Program-made: the position numbers and the translations under genes
DNA from: Octopus sinensis
Lineage: Eukaryota
Length of the DNA stretch: 64,000 nt
Assembly (NCBI RefSeq): GCF_006345805.1
Contig: NC_042997.1
Location: forward strand, 113,522,001 to 113,586,000
Direction of reading: 5' to 3'
Shown: piece by piece, positions 22,639-35,460 of the stretch
Numbering within the stretch: the stretch's first letter is position 1
Layout of the letters: each line of letters begins with the position of its first letter
The notes under the pieces: generated by a model
The model's input: the letters and a program-made list of their open reading frames with translations, nothing else
What the model was told of the DNA's origin: nothing
Databases searched by the model: none

Positions 22639-24799
22639 TATATATATATATATATATACCCGTGCTGGTAGCATGTAAAAAGCACCATCCAAATATCTTT
22701 GATGCCAGAGCCGCCATTGACTGGTTTCCGTGCCGGTGGCACATAAGAAGAACCAACCGATCATGGTTGTTGCCAACCTCCTCTGGCTACTGTGCCGGTG
22801 GCATGTAAAAAGCACCCACTACACTCACAGAGTGCTTGGCGTTAGGAAGGGCATCCAGCCTGGTGCATCCTCCTGGCTTCCCAGACCCTGGTTGAACCAT
22901 CCAACCCATGCTAGCATAGAATATGTACGTTTTCCATGCTGGCATTGGTTGGACAAAATGTCAAAACAAATTTCTGTGTGTCAGTGTGTCACACTTTGGC
23001 TCCCTCTCTCACTATTCAATAGCACTTCTTCTACTCCTCTTGCTGGGGTCCTAGTAATAGAGAGGGTGGGGGCGATAGTAGATTGAGAGTTGAGATGGTA
23101 ATGGTATGATATTTCATAGTATGAGCTGTAGTTGTGATAGAGGCAGAGGCGACGTTGATGGTGGTGGTGGTAGCTGAGGCAGTCAAGCCTGACGGAGATA
23201 GTAAGGGGTGTGAAAGACTGGTAATGGTGGTGGAGGGGAAGGCGGCAAAGTCAAAGGTGTTGATGTTGGTGGTGTAAGAAGTCTGAATGAATTGTGTATG
23301 GCAGTTGCGGTGGTGATGGTTGAAAACAGTCAATAGAAAGAGAGAAAGAAAGAGGTTAGACAGTAAAAAAAAATTTTACTGACTCACGAATGGGAAGACA
23401 AGAAATGTTTATCATGCAGCTTTGCAATAAGTTCCAAGTCGACTTATTATATAATTGTTTTGATAAAAATTGTTCATTGCTTGAAAAATATTGATCAAGT
23501 TTAATAAACTTTAATATGTACTCAATACATGAAGTGTCATTGTTGGGCTCAAGGCTCAATGAAGAGCCCTCAACAGGAACTAGTTTAAAAGCCGCCCTAT
23601 TGAGCAGTTTTTAAGCTAGTATAAATATATATGTGTGTGTGTGTGTGTGTATGTATGTTTGTGTGTCTGTCTTCTCCCATCATCACTTGACAACCGATGT
23701 TGGTGTGTTTACATACCCATAACTTAGCAGTTTGGCAAAAGAGACTGGTAGAATAATTACTAGGGTTACAAAGAATCAGTCCTGGGGTCAATCACTTCGA
23801 CTAAAGGTGGTGCTCCAGCATGGCTGCATTCAAATGACTGAAACAAATAAAAGAGTACAGGCTCATATTGTGTTCTGCAGACACACTACAAGGAACATTC
23901 CCATAACACGGTTTGGATACCACACCTTAAAGTCTCCTACCTAAACTGATTTTAGATACAGCCTATATATATATATATATATTTTTTCGTCCAACTCATG
24001 CTAGCATGGGAAGTGGACGTTAAATGATGATGATGATGATATATATATCTGTAAACAAAATATGTGACAATTATTCGGTAGCCATGATAAAACTCCGAGT
24101 TTCGGATATCGGGGCGGAAAACCACGCCACCATCTCTTCAGTTATCAGGCCATTGAACAAAATATATATATATATATATAAATTTAAACAGGAGGCTTAT
24201 TTCATAGAACCAGGGTCAATCTCAGATGGATTGGTATAAAAAACATCAATCCTTCAGAGCATTTAGTTCATCATTCTACCAATTCTACCTCTTATCACTG
24301 TGAGTATGTAAGGAGAAAGCGTTAATTCTTCCATACCTGTGTGTCTTCCCAACAGATAGTTCTATTTGGCTCAAAACTAGGTTATGTCTTGTATCCAATG
24401 TTACACTTGTGTGACTATCTGAAACCATTTTTGCCCAAGTATATCATCTCAGTTTCTGTCTTCTTCAAAACAATGGCTTCTTCTAAAAGTGACGACTTCG
24501 CATTTTGTCTTTAAAAAAATATTGGGACACATCAAATAATGTATCCATCTACCACCCATTTTTTCTACCCACTGTTCCCAGGAGAGTTGTGAGAGTAGTC
24601 CTCAGGTACGGCCCTGCCCCATAAGGGTCCTATCAGATTCCACCATCATTACACTTTTCAGCTGGATTCCCAAGCATGACCAACTAAGATTATGGATATT
24701 GTCTAACTATCTCATTCTTGGTCTAATCCTAAGTCACCCTGTGGATTGGCTTAACTTGAATAACCCATCTTTGATTCTTTAATGTGACATTTCAACCCC

Positions 24800-25240
24800 T
24801 TGTCTATAGTATTAGAGCTGTAATTTCAATGTAGTTGAGTAACAGTTTGACCTGGAGGGACTCCAGTGATTTTTCGTAGGAACCCCATTTCTGTTGCTTG
24901 TGTTTGAAATTGTATTCTTTCACTCATCACCCAACATTCATGACCATAAAACCATCCAAGAACCAAATTGAAGATAGCAAGTTTGACTTTTTGATCAATC
25001 CCTCCTTTTCTGAGGATCGAATGCTGGATCTGGTTCATTACTATCCCAACACCTACAACTCAGCCTCATGTTTCCCATCACTCATGAATAGAAACAATTA
25101 CATTGTCTCAGACGATGTATCACTGATAATTAATTCTTGTCTTCCTGTACAACACAGTTTCGCACAAGACTGCATCAGTCACCCAGTGCCGAAATGTATG
25201 ATATCACACAAATCATACTAACCTTGTCTACATTCATTTT
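24800..25240 (-). mobile_element. Old RTE-type RT C-terminal fragment
   Basis: Minus translation KVKLAIFN...YGHECWVMSERI..Q.QATEMGFLRKITG resembles the RTE thumb region. Confidence 0.75.
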
Positions 25241-25977
25241 GAAGGAAGTGGAGCACTTTCCTCTCCTGTTTATTTCTGTTCTGTAACAGAATCATTATAG
25301 GACAAGGTTTTTGACAAACAATTTTCAACAAGATGTTAAGAGCTAAAATGGTGGAATTTTCATGGCTGGAGAGCCTTTGAGATTATGTCTGCTTGACTGA
25401 TGCTGACATGGGACTAAACAACAACAGCAATATTAAAGACAACAATATTTATACATGAAGCAGCAACTCTTATAAACAGCTTCTTTTTGTTTTGTTTTTT
25501 TGTTTGTCATTTAATTCCATGAAGAATGGAAATTACAATTTATATTATTTGATCTATTTGTAATGTCTATTGAACAGAGATTATAATTAATGGCTTCGTT
25601 ATTTGATCTTTCATCTATAATGAAGCTTTGCTATTTGGTTGTGAACAATTTGATTTTTTTTAATACCTGTGTTTAAGGCTTCTCTTTTTTTATTTCCTCC
25701 TCCCTAGACACAAGGCCTGAAATTTTGAGGGAGGGTGCCAGTTGGTTAGATCGACCCCAGTGCACAACTGGTGCATAATTTATCGACCCCAAAAAGATGA
25801 AAGGCAAAGTTGACTCTGCTGGAATTTGAACTCAGAATGTTAAGACAGACAAAATACCACTAAGCATTTTGCCCGACGTGCTAACGTTTCTGCCAGCTCC
25901 CCCTGCCTTTCTCCCTACTCATCCTGTTACTCCTAAAGAATGGACTGAACAAAAAAGAAAATCTTTTCTTCTTCTTG

Positions 25978-26018
<41 letters not shown>

Positions 26019-26231
26019 GGCGGCGAGCTGGTAGAATCGTTAGCACACCAGGCAAAATTCTTAGCAGCATTTCATTTGTCTTTTACATTCTGAGTTCAAA
26101 TTCCACCAAGATCAACTTTGCTTTTCATCCTTTTCAGGTCAATAAAATAAGGTACCAGTTGAACACTGGGATTGAAGTAATTCCCTTATACCTTCCCCCA
26201 TAATTGCTGGCCATGTACCAAAATTCAAAAC

Positions 26232-26287
<56 letters not shown>

Positions 26288-26288
<1 letters not shown>

Positions 26289-27002
26289 TTCCAAGTTCAA
26301 ATTCCGCCGAGGTCAGCTTTGCCTTTCATCCTTTCAAGGTCGTTAAATTTAAGTACCAGTTGCATACTGGGGTTGATGTAACTGACTCATCCCTTCGCCC
26401 AAAATGGCCACCCTTGTGGAAAAGTTTAAAACCCTTATTATTTTTATTATTTGCCAGTACTACCGGATCGGCTCCCTTACAGGTAGCACATAAAAAACAC
26501 CTTTTGGTGTGGTCGTTGCCAGAACCTCCTGACTGGCCCTCGTGCTGGTGGCATATAAAAAGCACCCACTACACTCTCAGAGTGGTTGGCGTTAGGAAGG
26601 GCATCCGACTGTAGAAACTCTGCCAGATTGGAGTGGAGCCTGGTGCAGCCTCTGGCTCACCAGTCCTCAGTCAAACCATCCAACCCATGCCAGCATGGAA
26701 TAAGGACGTTAAATGATGATGATTGTTGTGAGGGCACATGGCTTAGTGGTTAGAGTGTCACATTCATGATCTAGCAGTCATGGTTTCAATTCCTAGACCA
26801 GGTGGTGTGTTGTGTTCTTGAGCAAAACACTTTATCTCACACTGCTCTTCATCACTTCGACACCTGACGCATGGCACACACACCGTGCCCCTGTTCAAGC
26901 AACATCATTTGATGGAGAGAGTGAGCTAATGTACAACACATGCATTTGATCACTATAAACAAACCATTTGTCCAGCTTCTTATCATCTTCAGTGGAAGAG
27001 TC

Positions 27003-27056
<54 letters not shown>

Positions 27057-27770
27057 TTCCAAGTTCAAATTCCGCCGAGGTCAGCTTTGCCTTTCATCCT
27101 TTCAAGGTCGTTAAATTTAAGTACCAGTTGCATACTGGGGTTGATGTAACTGACTCATCCCTTCGCCCAAAATGGCCACCCTTGTGGAAAAGTTTAAAAC
27201 CCTTATTATTTTTATTATTTGCCAGTACTACCGGATCGGCTCCCTTACAGGTAGCACATAAAAAACACCTTTTGGGTGTGGTCGTTGCCAGAACCTCCTG
27301 ACTGGCCCTCGTGCTGGTGGCATATAAAAAGCACCCACTACACTCTCAGAGTGGTTGGCGTTAGGAAGGGCATCCGACTGTAGAAACTCTGCCAGATTGG
27401 AGTGGAGCCTGGTGCAGCCTCTGGCTCACCAGTCCTCAGTCAAACCATCCAACCCATGCCAGCATGGAATAAGGACGTTAAATGATGATGATTGTTGTGA
27501 GGGCACATGGCTTAGTGGTTAGAGTGTCACATTCATGATCTAGCAGTCATGGTTTCAATTCCTAGACCAGGTGGTGTGTTGTGTTCTTGAGCAAAACACT
27601 TTATCTCACACTGCTCTTCAATCACTTCGACACCTGACGCATGGCACACCGTGCCCCTGTTCAAGCAACATCAATTTGATGGAGAGAGTGAGCTAATGTA
27701 CAACACATGCATTTGATCACTATAAACAAACCATTTGTCCAGCTTCTTATCATCTTCAGTGGAAGAGTCC
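26288..27770 (+). repeat. Near-perfect ~716-bp tandem duplication bracketed by (ATT)n tracts
   Basis: 26288-27003 versus 27056-27770; four small indels and no substitutions seen. Confidence 0.9.
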
Positions 27771-28223
27771 ATTATTATTATTATTAGAAGGTGGTGAGTT
27801 GTCAGAATCGTTAGCACACTGGACAAAATGCTTAGCGGTATTCAACTGGTCTCTACATTCTAAGTTCAAATTCTACTGAGGTCGTTTTTGCATTTGATCC
27901 TTTCAGGGTCGATGAATTAAGTACCAGTGAAACGCTGGGGTCGATGTAATCAACTAGTCCCAAATTTCAGGCCTTGTGTCTATAATAGAAAGGATTAGGT
28001 AGACTTGTGGTAAATGGAGCGCGAAAGTGAGGTAGGTGGAGGAGAAGATGGAGGAGGAGGAGATTGGGAGGGTTGGTTTGAAAAAGGAGGACACCCAAAA
28101 CCAGGCGAGATGGCGAGAGAGTGGTTGCTATGGCATAGAAGTAGATTTGCCCACCCCTGTTAATGGGGACAAAACCTGAATTTAAAACACTGGTTGATGA
28201 TGAAATAATAATATAGCTGTATG

Positions 28224-28266
<43 letters not shown>

Positions 28267-28329
28267 CTCTACCTCTGGTATTTGAGTACTCTTTTTTCTA
28301 CCTTGTTTCACATTTATGTGCTTACTCCA

Positions 28330-28407
<78 letters not shown>

Positions 28408-29133
28408 ATAGATAGGTAGAATGATGGAAAGATAGAGGGAAGGAGGGGTGATGGGGGATAAATAGCTTATTAGGTAGATAAAGGGATAGTTTACCCTACA
28501 TGGAATTATGATGGAAGGTTTTTAGTTTTGATCACTTTAAACACCCCCCTGGGGAGGGGAGTATTTATAATAAAACCAGGGGAAGTATCAAGTGGGTTGC
28601 TGTCAAAACAATTAAAGAATGTTTCATCCTGGTGAAATTTGCTGTTTATGTGATTTCAAACTAATGTTAGTAATAATCTTTGGGTGGGGGTGGGGGAGCT
28701 TGTTGTATAGAGGTGTGTGGGCAATCAAAATGTGAAATAGTTTTGTCGTTTGTGACCTGAATATAAGTTGCAATAAAACTTAGCAATACCCATTGTTGTG
28801 TGTGTGTGTGTGTGTATTTATTTGTACTGATACCTAAATGTCAATATTAAGTGACTGATAGCTTGTTAAGCAGCAGGTATCATTTGCTTTGGAACCTTTT
28901 TTTTTTCTGCAAAATAGCGCTGAGCTATTGACATTTCATATTAAATTGTCTTCAAATAAACAACTGCCTTATTTTGGAGATATTCAATGACCCTCGACCA
29001 TGTCCTCTATTTTCATTATCATACTGCTGACATGAGGAACTAACCCTTTTCTTACAATATTTCTGTTTAAATATGCTGCTTTTCGTTTTTGGATTTGGTT
29101 TGCAAGATTCCTTATATGAGTTTGTGTGTTGAA

Positions 29134-29352
29134 GCATATTCTGGTGTGTCTGGGGAGAGTCATTTTCTTTTTGGCCTTATAATGTAACATACTCACCGGT
29201 AAAATTTCCACCAAGACTATGAAAAGGTTGCAAGACTCAACGAAAATTTTAGGAAAATAAAAATAAGAAAAATGTGGAAATTTTACTGGTGAGTGTGTTA
29301 CATTATAAGGCACAAAAAGAAAATGATTCTCCCCAGACACAACAGAATATGC
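29134..29352. repeat. Imperfect ~78-bp inverted repeat with 62-nt spacer
   Basis: 29134-29211 versus 29274-29352; a related family copy lies at 60470-60640. Confidence 0.85.
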
Positions 29353-31133
29353 TGCTTTTGTTTTAATTAATTTTGAAAATTATGAAGAATTTGGTAAAAT
29401 AACTAAATTATTGTTTGGAACGTGATTTAAATAGGACACTAAATGAGAACATTAATTAAGCTATATCACATTGTCCCAGTGTCCTATTTATAGGACACCA
29501 AGTATTTCCATTTCTACTCGAAGTAAAGGAGTTTTAATAATTATTTTTTTTCATTTTCGTTACCAACGTCACCTTACTGGCACGTGTGTCAGTGGCATGT
29601 GTAAAAAGATTTGAGCGAGGTCATTGCCAGTACCGCCTGACTGGCCCCCATGCCGGTGGCACGTAAAAAGTACCCACTACACTCTTGGAGTGGTTGGCGT
29701 TAGGAAGGGCATCCAGCTGTAGAAACTCTGCCATATCAAGATTGGGGCTTGGTGCAGCCATCTGGTTCGCCAGTCCTCAGTCAAAATTGTCCAACCCATG
29801 CTAGCATGGAAAGTGGACGTTAAACAATGATGATGACGATTTTAACCTATTTTCAATCATCTGTAAAAATTTTAAATATTCAGAAATGTAAGTACTCTGG
29901 GGCTTAATGGGTTAACATAGAATTTAGATGGTTGGTTTTGATTTAGGTCAGTTTCAAACAGAAAGTTTCTATCATAGAATCAAGGGTATTTCTGGGCAGG
30001 TTGGTATCAAAAGGCTTTGATCAGCCCAAGGTTATGATAGAAAACACTTGCCCAAGTTGTCACACAGTGGGACTGAACCTAGAAACATGTGTTTGGAAGT
30101 AAGCTTCTTACGACACAGTCACGCCTGCACCTTTAATCAAGTTTATTTAACTTCATGCCAGGAATTTACTAATTAATTCCAAGTGACATTTCGTTTTCTT
30201 TCTACCTATTTATAATTGAAGCAGTAAATTAGCACTAAATAATACAATAGGTAATTAATGGAAAGTTATAATTAATATTGTGACATTCCTTTATGGTTAC
30301 TTGTAATTCTTCACTAATTATTAACTTCTATTCCAATAATTATTAAAAGGTTTCTTCTTCCAATAATAAATTCTCTGTGAATTACTATTGAGATCTTGGA
30401 GAAGATTCTGGTAACTTTTGAAGTGCTGCAGTTTGAAATGTTAGAAATTCTTCATATTTGGTATGTGTGTTATTTGGCCTGATTTCATCTAAAAATACCA
30501 GGAAAGTTCTTTAAATGCCAATTCCTGGAAGAAGGAGGAGAACCATTTAAATGTGAACAGTTTGGAATAAATTGGTTTATCAGTTTCTTTTGGAGGAATT
30601 TTTAAGAATGATATTTGAAAGAAATATTATTTTCTTTAACACTTTTATTGCCATTTTTTCTGTTAAAATACAGTAATTTCTGTTTCAAAGAATTTTGGAA
30701 ATAAAAATTTGGTAAAATAAGTTTGCCATTATTGAACTTAAAATACAGTCATCATCATCTTTTAACATCTGCCTGCCATGCTGGCATGGGTGGGATGGTT
30801 TGACAGGAGCCAGCCAGGCATAATTTTGAAATTAATCAAGAATTTAGTAAAATAACTCTGTCATTATTAAACAAACGTTTAAGGTGGTGAGCTGGCAGAA
30901 TTGTTACTGCACCAGAGACAATGCTTAGTGGTATTTCTTCCAATACTTTACATTCTGAGTTCAAATTCTACCCAGGTCAACTTTATTTTTCATCCTTTCA
31001 GGGTCGATGAATTAAATACCAGTGAAGCCCTGGGGTCAAAGTAATTGACTTTTTCCCTCCTACAAGATTTTTAGCTTTGTGTCTTTAGTAGAGAGGATTA
31101 TTAAAACTAACGTTTGGCACATGAATTAACATA

Positions 31134-31530
31134 GGCGCAGGAATGGCTGTGTGGTAAGAAGCTTGCTTACCAACCACAGTCTCACTGCGTGGCACCTTGA
31201 GCCAGTGTTTTCTACTATAGCCTCAGGCTGACCAAAACCTTTTGAGTGGATTTGGTAGACGGAAACTGAAAGAAACCCATCGTATATACATATATATGTG
31301 TGTGTGTGTGTGTGTTTGTATTTCTGTATTTGTCTCCCCACCATCGCTTGACAACCGATGTTAGCATGTCTACGTCCCTGTAACTTAGTAGTTCAGCAAA
31401 AGAGACCGATAGAATAAGTACTAGGCTTACAAAGAATAAGTCCTGGGGTTGATTTGCTCGACTAAAGGTGGTGCCCCAGCATGGCCACAGTGAAATGTCT
31501 AAAACAAATAAAAGAAAAAAAGAACAACAA
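31134..31530 (+). mobile_element. SINE family A
   Basis: Collinear with 4634-5050. Confidence 0.9.
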
Positions 31531-31776
31531 GGAATTTTGATGGAATGATTTTAATTTAGATCACTTTAAATCTGGCAGTTTTTATATCATCGAAGCAGGA
31601 CTGATCTTAGGAGGTTGGTATGAAAAGGGTTAATTCATAAAAGCCATTAAGTAATGATTGCAGATGTAAGATTCCATTAAATAAACAGTGAATAACCATA
31701 TCTGTTTATCTGCTTTTCTAAATTTTTTTTTATCTTTGATAATCTGTTGACAAATGTTCTTTCTTTCTTTCTCTAG

Positions 31777-31855
31777 AATTGGTAAGATTTATGAATGACT
31801 TGTGGAATTGCCATAGACTTTCTTCACATATGGATTATATCTTAGCAACAAGGAG
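31777..31855 (+). CDS. Candidate internal exon (79 nt) of an unidentified gene
   Basis: Acceptor TTCTTTCTTTCTTTCTCTAG, donor GAG|GTAAGC; one open frame (xAA)LVRFMNDLWNCHRLSSHMDYILATR(AG); unique sequence. Confidence 0.55.
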
Positions 31856-32434
31856 GTAAGCTGAAGTTTGTTTGTTTTGTTGTTTTTTTTATCCATTTTG
31901 TCGCCTTTTGTGAAGAGTAGTGCCATTGGTTACAGATTTATAATGGACTGATCTGTGGTTCACTGCTTTTCTGGTGGCAAGATTGACACAACGGCATCCG
32001 AACAACTCAGGTGGAATAATTCCTATTTTTAGATTGAAAGGAAATGGTTTATTGGTTTCTTTTGCCAAAGTTTAATTCCTTCACCAATTTGCATCGAAGA
32101 ATGATATACATATTCATCCACACACACGTACACAGCCACTGGCACACACACACACACACACATACATACATGTTCACACACATACACTCACACTCGTATA
32201 ATGCATACACATACATAAACACATGTATGCATTCACACACACACTCTCTCTCTCACACACACAAACACACAGACTTTGACATCTTTCTTAAAATAATTGA
32301 CTTGCCTGAGATGTTATGAAAAGGCAAAGTCAATATTCTGAATATTTTAAAATATTTTCCTTCTCTTAATTGAATTTTAACCTTGTTGATGACTGTTGAT
32401 AATACATGAAGCCATTAAGATCCAAAGATTTGTT

Positions 32435-32471
<37 letters not shown>

Positions 32472-32984
32472 TCCCATCCAAAATAGAGATAAGTACCAAC
32501 ACTTTCATGTGGCATGCTCGAACAATTGTGAAGATGAAAATAGAAATAATACATTTCTAAATCTCCCAGAGAGATTTATACAGTGGCAGCACGATTAAGT
32601 GATGGTATGTTGTCAACTTAATGTGACAGTCCCATAAAAGGGAAGAATGCTACTGTTATTTAGCCCTAGGAAATATGCTACTGCATGAATCTCTTTGAGA
32701 TTTAGAAATGTAGTATTTCTATTTTCAAAAATCAGTGAATGTATTCCACTTGAAATATATGTTTTCAAAGACGGACGGGCATTGACAGCTAGCAAGCCAT
32801 GCTACTCCAGACTGATGATGAGCAATGACTCTGAAACTGACCCACAAATAAAGAATGCTTATCCACCAATGTTGTGCTCTCATTCACACTGTTTGATATT
32901 AGTGTGTGTGTGTGTGTCTGTATAAATATAAAAAAACAAAGAACAAACACAAAAAAACAACAGCACGAGGATGTGGTACATGTA

Positions 32985-33125
32985 AAGTATTAGCAGACAC
33001 TCAGGGAAGGAAAGAAAGGTGGTTTAATGTTTCGAGCAAAGCTCTTCTTCAGAAACGGGGGACAGAGGAAAGTCCAATAGAAAAGAAAGACAGAGGGAAA
33101 AAAATCGCCAACGATTCACCTGTGG
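32985..33125 (-). mobile_element. Penelope-like end fragment, second hammerhead-motif family
   Basis: Minus strand GTTT-CTGAAGA-A-GAGC-TTT-GCTC-GAAAC-ATT-AAAC at 33022-33056. Confidence 0.65.
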
Positions 33126-33137
33126 TTATATATACAC

Positions 33138-33171
<34 letters not shown>

Positions 33172-33416
33172 GTATGCAGACCTGACTGAGTGAAGGAATG
33201 GAAGAAAGTGACAACTAGAAGCGGTGTGGTCAGTTTGGGGACATCTTGATTTCCTGTATGTGGCTTTCATCTCCATTTTAGGGGACACTATTTTATACAT
33301 TGATATTATAATTATGGAAATTTTAAATTATTTTTTCCATTCGTATAATATTCTTACTCTTCATTTCAACTTCTTAATGTCTTCTTTTTGGTGCCCATGG
33401 GCCAAATAACAAATTA

Positions 33417-33451
<35 letters not shown>

Positions 33452-33534
33452 CACTCAACAGATTAGACTGTTGGAAAAGAAAAGAATCTTAACATCGGGT
33501 TACAACAAATAGCCTTAGATGCCAAGAACCCTCC

Positions 33535-33573
<39 letters not shown>

Positions 33574-33723
33574 GATGGTGAGCTGGTAGGATTGTTAGCA
33601 TGCCAGGCAAAATGTTTAGCAGCATTTCACTCATCCTTACATTTTGAGTTCAAATTCTGGCAGTTGAACACTGGGGGTCGATGTCATCGACTAGTCCCCT
33701 CCCCCAAAATTCCAGGCCTTGTG

Positions 33724-34068
33724 TAGTATTACTATTTCCACTTCACTTCTCAGAACTGTCGTTTTCACTTGCTCTGGTTAATTCTGTAAGAGCAGACAAC
33801 AACCTGTTGTCAAGGATCTCACAGGGTCTCTTTCCACGATACTTAACACCTAAGCACCAATCTCAAAATCCTTGTTGTCTCCAATAAAGCTGTTTGTGGT
33901 GCCTGTTCTACCCTCATGTCAATCCCAATTTCACCAACAAATTTCTCAAACCTGCTTCTTAATGCTCCCAGTGCCACTACAATTACTGGTATGACAATTA
34001 CTTTCTTCATTGCACACTTTCGTACAATCTCATCTTTTAGTGGTTTCTTGTACTTCTCAATCTTTAGC
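33724..34068 (-). mobile_element. R4/Dong-like LINE 3' fragment
   Basis: ORF 33843-34070 KIEKYKKPLKDEI...KKVIVIPVIVVALGAL...QTALLETTRILRLVL has the same C-terminal signature as 46968-47368. Confidence 0.8.
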
Positions 34069-34410
34069 AAAGGTGGAGGTATTGTTTAGTCATGTTTGTT
34101 TGTTTGTTTGTCCATAGACAAAATATCTCAAGAGCCGCTGCATGGATTCGGATGAAACTTTCAGGGATGTTTGGTGTCGTGACTGACACAAACTGATTAG
34201 ATTTTGGGATCAGTCCAGTACCGGACAAAGATTCTGGATTATTTTTCCAGGTTTTTTACTTAATTTTTGAGAGAGGTCAGGTTCATTTTTAGTATTTTTG
34301 TTTGTGAGAGCAGTCGAGCGTATTTCAGATATTCCCATTCTAAAAGTCATCATTGAGAGTACATTGGTGTTGCCTTGGCGGAAGTTTATTCTCTCTGAGT
34401 CCTCTTGTTA
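34066..34410 (+). mobile_element. Helentron-associated (HINE/DINE-1-like) non-autonomous element
   Basis: 5' GCAAAGGTGGAGGT plus (TTTG)n; 3' GCCTTGGCGGAAG subterminal inverted repeat. The same ends occur at 50875-50995 and 51450-51500, with a reverse 3' end near 52080-52140. The class call is inference. Confidence 0.6.
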
Positions 34411-34469
34411 TTATTAAAACTATTCTGCATGCCATGTCCAAGTATTGCTGACCTGTGGAGTTATTATTC

Positions 34470-34633
34470 ACATTATTTACATTGGATGGATATGTGTCCT
34501 CATCTTGTTTGTTGTTACCTCAACGTTTCGGCTGATTTACTCTCCAGCCTTCATCAGGTGTCCTGGTAGGATTTTGAAACAGTGGTAACAACAAACAAGA
34601 TGAGGATACATATCCATCCAATGTAAATAATGT
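34470..34633 (-). mobile_element. Fold-back Penelope-like fragment, third hammerhead-motif family
   Basis: 50-bp inverted arms (34470-34519 / 34584-34633, 1 mismatch) enclose minus-strand GGACAC-CTGATGA-A-GGCTG-N10-CAGCC-GAAAC-GTT. Confidence 0.75.
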
Positions 34634-35149
34634 ACAGAATTCCTGATCTCTAAAATGTAGAACAGTGTTGTGCAGTTATGTCAAAGAGCTGTTATTATGT
34701 GTGGGGCAAATCCAACAATCAGCCGAATCCATTGTGAGGATTGCCTCACCACCCGCATTTAGCGAGGTGGAGCAGGCAGGGTTCTTCTGTCTGGTGGCTA
34801 TAGCAGAAGGGGTTGTGTGCTGGATGAGGATGACAGAATTGAGGAAAAGCACCTTCCTCTTCAGTCAAACCCTTGTCATCTTTTTTAAGTTCCACTTGAA
34901 CAGGAAAGTGAGGGTGGAGAGGGAAGTGCTCCCTCCTTCCCAGTGAATTTGTGAAAAGATGGATGACTGTAGTAAAAATGGTTTAGAGTGAAAGGCCCTA
35001 CTCTAAGTATGCATCTGTAGATTGGAGAACAGGAGAGAGAACTCATGTCTTTGGTGGCCAGGCTAATCCTGGATCTACGGGGTTCCTCGATTGGCCCTAG
35101 CTGGAGTTTTTCCTGAATCAGGAGGACCGCATCATTCATGATTTTTTTT

Positions 35150-35460
35150 TTATTTATGCGCCCTTCTCAAGCCTAGCCAGGCTCATGGGCCTTGTTTCTC
35201 AGTTTCTGTGGCGTATGTGTTCCCCCTAGCTGAACGGGATGCCAGTCCACCGCAGCGTTACTCAAGAAACAGGACGAGAGAGTGAGAGAGAAAGTTGGGG
35301 TGAAAGAGTACAACAGGGGTTGCCACCACCCCCTGCCGGAGCCTTATGGAGCTTTAGGTGTTTTCGCTCAATAAACACACACAACACCCAGTCTGGGAAT
35401 CGAAACCGCGATCCTCTGACCGCGAGTCCGCTGCCTTAACCACTGGGCCATTGTGCCTCC
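35150..35460 (-). mobile_element. tRNA-derived SINE family E
   Basis: Reverse head TGGAGGCACAATGGCCCAGTGGTTAAGG..GGTTTCGATTCCC; second copy on + at 10339-10550. Confidence 0.8.

Noticed and set aside
23031-23333. Thr/Ser-rich 100-aa minus ORF
   Set aside because: Low-complexity GGT/GAT-rich decayed repeat with no splice or homology support.
30385-30490. Possible minus-strand terminal exon (EIRPNNTHTKYEEFLTFQ...SQ*)
   Set aside because: No partner exons or recognisable homology; chance level in AT-rich DNA.
34665-35139. GC-richer segment with ORFs on both strands; similar segments at 48440-48830 and 10570-10800
   Set aside because: No recognisable domain; probably decayed transposon sequence but unclassifiable without a search.
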